NCBI GenBank assembly: GCA_016927735.1 | Contig: JAFGMC010000006.1 | Location: forward strand, 43,952 to 107,951 | DNA from: Alphaproteobacteria bacterium | GTDB taxonomy: Bacteria; Pseudomonadota; Alphaproteobacteria; Rs-D84 | Direction: 5' to 3' | Length of the DNA: 64,000 bases | Shown here: positions 58,712-64,000 of the stretch, in pieces | Numbering within the stretch: position 1 is the stretch's first letter | How the letters are laid out: each line of letters opens with the position of its first letter | Notes under the pieces: model-generated | Database searches by the model: none | Seen by the model: the letters and a program-made list of their open reading frames with translations, nothing else | What the model was told of the DNA's origin: nothing | Made by a program: the position numbers and the translations under genes

Positions 58712-59047
58712 ATGCAAAAAAACATAAAAGAAATAATGGTCGCACTTAATAAAGTTCTGACTACAACCGTATGGGTTAATGAAGACCGTCAAATTATTTC
58801 ATTAAGCGATGAATTGCACATTGGTCAAAACAATTCCCCTCGCTCTATTGAAGATTTACCACGTACATCATTGGTTGGGGCTTATGTATCTTTACAAATT
58901 CGTACCGATAATTTTGATATTGCAGCAGAAAGTTTAGAAACTAAATCATTGGCTCTGCGCGTAAAAGAAATGGTTTTTTCAGAAGCTAAGAAGATTATGG
59001 ATTCTGAAAAGGTAGAAATATACGAAAATATCGCAATGGCGGCATAA
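58712..59047 (+). CDS. hypothetical protein
   Basis: 111 aa, good SD, followed by hairpin aataacact...agtgttatt. Confidence 0.3.
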   Translation: MQKNIKEIMVALNKVLTTTVWVNEDRQIISLSDELHIGQNNSPRSIEDLPRTSLVGAYVSLQIRTDNFDIAAESLETKSLALRVKEMVFSEAKKIMDSEKVEIYENIAMAA

Positions 59048-59106
59048 TTTTAATAACACTTTTTTGCTCTCGATAAGTGTTATTTTTATAAGCAAAAAAT
59101 AAATGC

Positions 59107-59186
59107 TTATACTATCAGTTTCCGGTAATCCGGAAGGAAGGGAGAAACACCGATAGTATTATGTAATATCGGTGTTTTGCTTTATT
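59107..59186 (+). ncRNA. candidate small structured RNA with mutually exclusive helices and its own terminator
   Basis: -10-like TATACT at 59108; actatc(59112-59117)/gatagt pairing competes with terminator caccgata-loop-tatcggtg plus ttttgcttt; no downstream plus-strand gene. Confidence 0.3.
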
Positions 59187-59216
59187 TAAAAACCGCCAAA
59201 TGGCGGTTTTAAATTT
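59186..59216. terminator. bidirectional terminator (ends plsX on the minus strand)
   Basis: aaaa-accgccaaatggcggt-tttaaatttt. Confidence 0.8.
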
Positions 59217-60283
59217 TATAATTCTATTTGCCCCAAGCTTTCTTTTATTGGCAACATTTCTTCAACACGCATTTCTATTTGTTTATTAAAATCTGCATCT
59301 GTTAAATCAACAGCATATTTAATAGCATTTGAGAATGCCAAAGCATCACTGTTTCCATGTGTCTTGATTGCAAATCCATTTAATCCCAAAAATACAGCAC
59401 CAGCATATGAACGAGGATCGATTTTATTTTTTAATCTTTTAAATACGTGAATCAAGAAAAACGCACCAATCATAGCGAGTATAGATTTTTTTAAATTATC
59501 CATTAATACGCGTTTTATTAGTTTTGCAGTCCCTTCTACTGTTTTTAAAACAATATTACCTGTAAACCCATCTGTGACAACAACCTGAACATTCCCACCG
59601 CTGATATCACTACCTTCTACAAATCCAATATATTCATAAGGTAATTTATTTTTATTTTCATTCAAAAGTTTATTCAGTTTTTGCAGGCTTTCATTTCCCT
59701 TTGTATCTTCTTCACCAATATTTAATATACCAACTTTTGGTTTTTTCATTTTACCAATAGTTTCAGCATAAACACTGCCAAGTAATGCAAAGTCAAATAA
59801 GTTTTCTTCATCACACTGAACATTGGCACCCAAATCTAATATGGCAACACGTTGATCACCACCACCTGATGGTAACATAGTTGTAATGGCTGGTCTGGAT
59901 ATCCCATTAATAGTTTTTAATGCCAATTTTGACAATGCCATTAGAACACCGGTATTTCCAGCACTGACAACTGCGGAAGAATTACCTTCGCGAACATCTT
60001 TGATTGCCATGTACATAGACGTATCTTGTGCACGACGAATAACATCGCGAACCTTATCCCCTGATTTAATTTTATCTGGTGAATTAATTATTTCACAATT
60101 ACGCGCAACACGTGGGTATTTTGCAATTAATCTATTCAATATCTTCTTATCACCAAAGACACGAAAAAATACTGTATCTTCACCATTCTGAAACAAGAAC
60201 TGGTTCATACCGCCCAAAACAGCAACTGGGGCTTTATCGCCACCCATACCATCAATAGAAATAATTTTTTTATTATCGGACAT
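59216..60283 (-). CDS. plsX: phosphate acyltransferase PlsX
   Basis: MSDNKKIISIDGMGGDKAPVAV... aligns with the PlsX N-terminus; start at 60283, the track ORF extends upstream. Confidence 0.85.
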   Translation of the reverse strand: MSDNKKIISIDGMGGDKAPVAVLGGMNQFLFQNGEDTVFFRVFGDKKILNRLIAKYPRVARNCEIINSPDKIKSGDKVRDVIRRAQDTSMYMAIKDVREGNSSAVVSAGNTGVLMALSKLALKTINGISRPAITTMLPSGGGDQRVAILDLGANVQCDEENLFDFALLGSVYAETIGKMKKPKVGILNIGEEDTKGNESLQKLNKLLNENKNKLPYEYIGFVEGSDISGGNVQVVVTDGFTGNIVLKTVEGTAKLIKRVLMDNLKKSILAMIGAFFLIHVFKRLKNKIDPRSYAGAVFLGLNGFAIKTHGNSDALAFSNAIKYAVDLTDADFNKQIEMRVEEMLPIKESLGQIEL

Positions 60284-60342
60284 TTTTATTAAAAAAGCAG
60301 AAGGGCAAAAAATATATTCTGCCCTATCTGATTTATATCCTG

Positions 60343-60492
60343 TTATTTTGTACCGCAAGCAAGACAAACATGATGTGGACGTTTCTTTTCCCCACATTTT
60401 TTACAAACACTTGCTGGCATTGGTGACAAGGCATCATGCGCTCTGCGTTGTTTTGTTCTGGCTTTACTGGTTTTACTTTTTGGCACTGCCAT
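60343..60492 (-). CDS. rpmF: 50S ribosomal protein L32
   Basis: 49 aa MAVPKSKTSKARTKQRRAHDALSPMPASVCKKCGEKKRPHHVCLACGTK. The track ORF 60333..60560 is the +1 frame overlapping this gene. Confidence 0.8.
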   Translation of the reverse strand: MAVPKSKTSKARTKQRRAHDALSPMPASVCKKCGEKKRPHHVCLACGTK

Positions 60493-60556
60493 TTTATAAT
60501 CCTTTTATTTACGAATATACATTTTATTAGAAATCCAGGTTTTTGCAAGATAAATT

Positions 60557-60961
60557 TCAATCTGATATAACTTGCGCAACAAACATACCATGATTGTGCA
60601 TAAAGCCTATGACCGCACTGTGATCGTCCAGACCCAGATAAAATTTATACCCTTGTTTTTCTAATTCTTTTACAACTTCAATTTTGTATTCTGCTGTAGT
60701 TCCTGGATAATCATGCGATTTGCAGAAAACTTTTTTATTTATATTTGGTAATAAATCGTTTATATGTCTTTCTACATTATCTTGTCCCATTGACCAACGA
60801 CCAGTTATAAAAACAATTGTGAAATCACGACCCAATGATTCCAGAACATGAATCATATTTTCGTTTGGTTCACCAAACTTGTTATAATTTGTACCAGCAA
60901 TTGCAAATTTTTTATTAACAACGCCGTCAATATCACAATAAATAGCTTGAATTTCTTTCAT
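60557..60961 (-). CDS. HAD-superfamily phosphatase (deoxyribonucleotidase/PNK-phosphatase-like)
   Basis: IYCDIDGVV motif I; 134 aa. Confidence 0.4.
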   Translation of the reverse strand: MKEIQAIYCDIDGVVNKKFAIAGTNYNKFGEPNENMIHVLESLGRDFTIVFITGRWSMGQDNVERHINDLLPNINKKVFCKSHDYPGTTAEYKIEVVKELEKQGYKFYLGLDDHSAVIGFMHNHGMFVAQVISD

Positions 60962-61020
60962 TTTACAAATTTATGCTCGGTATATCGCAGATATACCGAG
61001 CCCTTAGTTTATCTAAATAC

Positions 61021-64000
61021 TTATATGTTCAATAATTGTTGTTGATCAGTGCCATCACGTGCCAACTTTTCAGCAACTTCTTCGTCTTTGGCAATTTCAC
61101 GAACGCGATGAACATAAGCACCTGTTCCAATTGGTATCAATCTTCCAACGATAAGGTTTTCATTAATACCAACCAATTTATCAGTTGCACCATTGATTGC
61201 AGCATCTACCAATACTTTTGTTGTCTGTTGGAACGAAGCATTAGATATAAATGAACGACTGGTCAAGCTGGCACGGGTCAATCCAACCAGAACCTGGCTT
61301 GATTCTGCGACCTTGCCACCATCACGTGTAATACGATCATTTTCTTCTTCAAAGTCAACGCGATCAACAACCTGCCCCATCAAGAATCCTGTATCACCTG
61401 GATTTGTAATTTCCACACGACGTGTCATTTCACGTATCAGAATTTCGATATGTTTATCATTGATAATAACGCCTTGCAAACGATAAACTTGTTGTATCTG
61501 TTCAACCATAAATGTTGCCAATGCCTTCTGACCCAAGATACGTAAAATATCTTGTGGTACATAATCACCATCGACTAATTTTTCTGCTTTCTTTACAACA
61601 TCACCACTGCGGACAAGTAAGTTTGTACCCTTTGTCACTGCGTATTCTAATGGCTCTGTCCCATTTTCTGGATCGATACGTATAATAATCTTGGACTTTA
61701 CGTCTTCCAATTCAACCATACCATCAATTTCTGCCAACAATGCAGGATTTGATGGACGACGAACTTCCATTAATTCATTAACACGTGGCAAACCACCTGT
61801 AATATCGCCTGTACGTTTCGCCTGAACAGGAATACGTGCCAGAATATCACCAGCCGCAACTTTATCACCATTTGCAACGTTCAATACAGAATAAATAGGC
61901 AATAAGTATTCGGCAATCTTTTTTCCACCCAAAGATACAATATTACCCTTTTCATCCAATAATGTGACTGAAGGTTTTAACGCTTTTTTGGTTGATGTTT
62001 TCCAGTTTGTAACCTTTCGAGAAACAATACCTGTCATTGAATCAACTTCTTCTGAATAAGATAAATTCTCAATCAAATCACCGAATGAAACAATACCCTC
62101 TTTTTCTGCGATAATTGTATTTGAGTATGGATCCCATTCTGCAACCTTGGCACCTTTTTCAACAGTGTCACCATCATTAACAATTAACATAGATGCATAA
62201 GGCAATTTATGACTGAACTGTTTTTCGCCTTTTTTATTTACAATAGATAATTCACTATTACGGCTGAGAACTACTACACGACCAGCAGAATTTCTGATTG
62301 TGCAAACATCTGTTAATTTTACAATTCCGGAAACAGGAACTTCAATAAAATGACTTTCAGTTCCGCCAGATGCGATACCACCAACGTGGAAGGTACGCAA
62401 TGTTAACTGAGTTCCAGGTTCACCAATTGACTGACCTGCAATAACACCCACAGCTTCACCAACGTGTACCAATGTACTGCGCGATAAATCCATACCATAA
62501 CATTTTGCACATAATCCATCAGATTGACATGTCAGCACACTGCGAACATCCATACTTGGCAAACCAGATTCATTGATTTGTTTTGCGATTGCCTTGGTAA
62601 TCAATTCACCAGATTTTACAATGATTTCTTTTGTAATTGGATGAATAACATCAACAGCAGCAGTACGTCCCAAAACAGCATCACCCAATGCAACAGACAA
62701 TGTGCTGCCTTGATAAACTGGTTTTACAGTAATAAATTCTTTTGTTCCGCAATCATGTTCTGTGATAACTGTATTTTGTGCCAACTCAACCAAACGACGT
62801 GTCAAATATCCAGCATCAGCTGTTTTCAATGCAGTATCTGATAAACCTTTACGTGCACCATGGGTAGATGTAAAGTATTCAGCCATGGTCAAACCTTCTT
62901 TAAAGTTCGAAATAATAGGAACTTCAATAATAGATCCATCAGGTTTAATCATCATACCACGCATACCAGCCAACTGTTGAATCTGCGCTTTGGAACCACG
63001 GGCACCAGACAACGCCATCATCAAGATAGAATTCCAACCATCGCCAGTTGTTTTACCCAAGGCAGCATAAGCCAAATCACCCAACTTATCAGTTGTTTTT
63101 GTCCACAAGTCGATTAATTTATTATATCTTTCACCATGTGAAATCAAACCATTCTGATATTGTTCTTCAAATTCTTCTGCCAATTTTTCGGTTTTAGCAA
63201 TCATGTCTTTTTTTTCTTCTGGAATAACAATATCGTCAAATCCGATAGAAATTCCAGATCTTGCAGCCTGTTCGAAACCGATGTTTTTCAAACTGTCAGC
63301 CAAAATAATTGTATCTTTATCACCGCAACGTTCGTACGTTGTCGCCAACAAAGCTTTGATTTCTTTTACAGGCATAGTTTTGTTTACCAAATCGAATGGC
63401 ATATTCTCGTTTTTAGGCAACAACTCACCCAATATCATACGACCTGCAGTTGTCTTGTATGATTTACCATTAACACGTGCAACAATTGGTGTATGCAATG
63501 TTATTGTTTTATTCTCCAAAGCCATACGAACTTCGTCCATACTTGCAAACCGCGAAGATTTATCATTATGTTCACCATTAATCAAAGAAATATAGTAAAC
63601 ACCCAAAACCATATCTTGTGATGGAACAATCATTGGTTCACCATTTGCAGGAGATAACACATTATTAGAAGATAACATTAATGTTCTTGCTTCTAATTGT
63701 GCCTCTAATGAAATAGGAACATGAACTGACATTTGGTCACCGTCAAAGTCAGCATTAAATCCCTTACATACCAATGGATGTAAACGAATTGCTTTACCTT
63801 CAATCAATACAGGTTCAAATGCCAACATTGATAATCTGTGCAAAGTTGGTGCACGATTCAATAATACAGGATGTTGGTAAATAACTTTTTCCAAAATTTC
63901 CCAAACGATTTCTTCACCGTTTTCAACCATCTTGCGAGCCGTTTTTAATGTATTAGCATAATCACCAGCCAACAAACGCGCAAATACGAATGGTTTAAAT
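61021..64000 (-). CDS. rpoC: DNA-directed RNA polymerase beta' subunit, C-terminal ~985 aa; N-terminus beyond the window end
   Basis: [14 protein letters not shown] catalytic motif, trigger-loop and C-terminal regions. Confidence 0.95.
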   Translation of the reverse strand, partial: FKPFVFARLLAGDYANTLKTARKMVENGEEIVWEILEKVIYQHPVLLNRAPTLHRLSMLAFEPVLIEGKAIRLHPLVCKGFNADFDGDQMSVHVPISLEAQLEARTLMLSSNNVLSPANGEPMIVPSQDMVLGVYYISLINGEHNDKSSRFASMDEVRMALENKTITLHTPIVARVNGKSYKTTAGRMILGELLPKNENMPFDLVNKTMPVKEIKALLATTYERCGDKDTIILADSLKNIGFEQAARSGISIGFDDIVIPEEKKDMIAKTEKLAEEFEEQYQNGLISHGERYNKLIDLWTKTTDKLGDLAYAALGKTTGDGWNSILMMALSGARGSKAQIQQLAGMRGMMIKPDGSIIEVPIISNFKEGLTMAEYFTSTHGARKGLSDTALKTADAGYLTRRLVELAQNTVITEHDCGTKEFITVKPVYQGSTLSVALGDAVLGRTAAVDVIHPITKEIIVKSGELITKAIAKQINESGLPSMDVRSVLTCQSDGLCAKCYGMDLSRSTLVHVGEAVGVIAGQSIGEPGTQLTLRTFHVGGIASGGTESHFIEVPVSGIVKLTDVCTIRNSAGRVVVLSRNSELSIVNKKGEKQFSHKLPYASMLIVNDGDTVEKGAKVAEWDPYSNTIIAEKEGIVSFGDLIENLSYSEEVDSMTGIVSRKVTNWKTSTKKALKPSVTLLDEKGNIVSLGGKKIAEYLLPIYSVLNVANGDKVAAGDILARIPVQAKRTGDITGGLPRVNELMEVRRPSNPALLAEIDGMVELEDVKSKIIIRIDPENGTEPLEYAVTKGTNLLVRSGDVVKKAEKLVDGDYVPQDILRILGQKALATFMVEQIQQVYRLQGVIINDKHIEILIREMTRRVEITNPGDTGFLMGQVVDRVDFEEENDRITRDGGKVAESSQVLVGLTRASLTSRSFISNASFQQTTKVLVDAAINGATDKLVGINENLIVGRLIPIGTGAYVHRVREIAKDEEVAEKLARDGTDQQQLLNI

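Noticed and set aside
60333-60560. ORF-track 75-aa minus-strand ORF (MKFILQKPGFLIK...)
   Set aside because: It is the +1 frame overlapping the real rpmF (L32, 60343..60492). That 49-aa product is unmistakable but falls under the track's size cutoff.

Overview
AT-rich (roughly one-third GC by eye) chromosomal segment from a diderm bacterium of uncertain lineage. Gene order looks proteobacterial (rpmF-plsX-fabH-ihfA, lptE-holA, olsB-olsA, zapA), but GlyRS is the alpha2 type and ProRS the archaeal/eukaryotic type, and several proteins are trimmed (ClpB without N-domain), which fits a reduced, host-associated genome. I call about 70 CDS, 10 tRNAs (Asp, Glu, Leu x2, Ala, Ser, Thr, Arg, plus one pseudo-tRNA fragment), many clean intrinsic terminators, no rRNA and no CRISPR. 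Housekeeping genes include priA (partial), miaA, gap, rpmG, parC, rpsU, msbA-like, clpB, rpmB, radC, map, holA, lptE, lgt, glyQS, proS, sodB, ldh, hemW, fabH, plsX, rpmF and rpoC (partial). This backbone is broken by accessory-looking patches. (1) A tRNA-Asp/Glu ... tRNA-Leu patch carries a LicD-family transferase, a bifunctional CDP-ribitol synthase and an Mtd-N/tail-fibre-like gene. (2) A tight three-gene operon of unknown membrane/periplasmic proteins sits beside zapA. (3) An AAA_14/DUF4143 ATPase cassette with its own strong promoter is bounded by about 180-bp direct repeats at tRNA-Ser, with a decayed tRNA fragment at the other end. (4) Three paralogous small coiled-coil genes lie in tandem upstream of lgt. 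(5) A roughly 4.4-kb insertion at tRNA-Arg(CCT) splits the normally contiguous plsX-fabH pair. It carries an RHH/RGG-repeat protein with 48-bp tandem DNA repeats, a 733-aa Ser/Arg-rich plus Cys-rich secreted protein, an orphan mraZ and a structured sRNA-like element. Other points: a family of beta-barrel OMPs with Q/N/Y-rich N-termini, a secreted protein with W-x-C-I repeats, and an L28 with a Lys/Ala-rich tail. I cannot name a single known system for the novel candidates; the likeliest undescribed systems are patches 3, 5 and 2.
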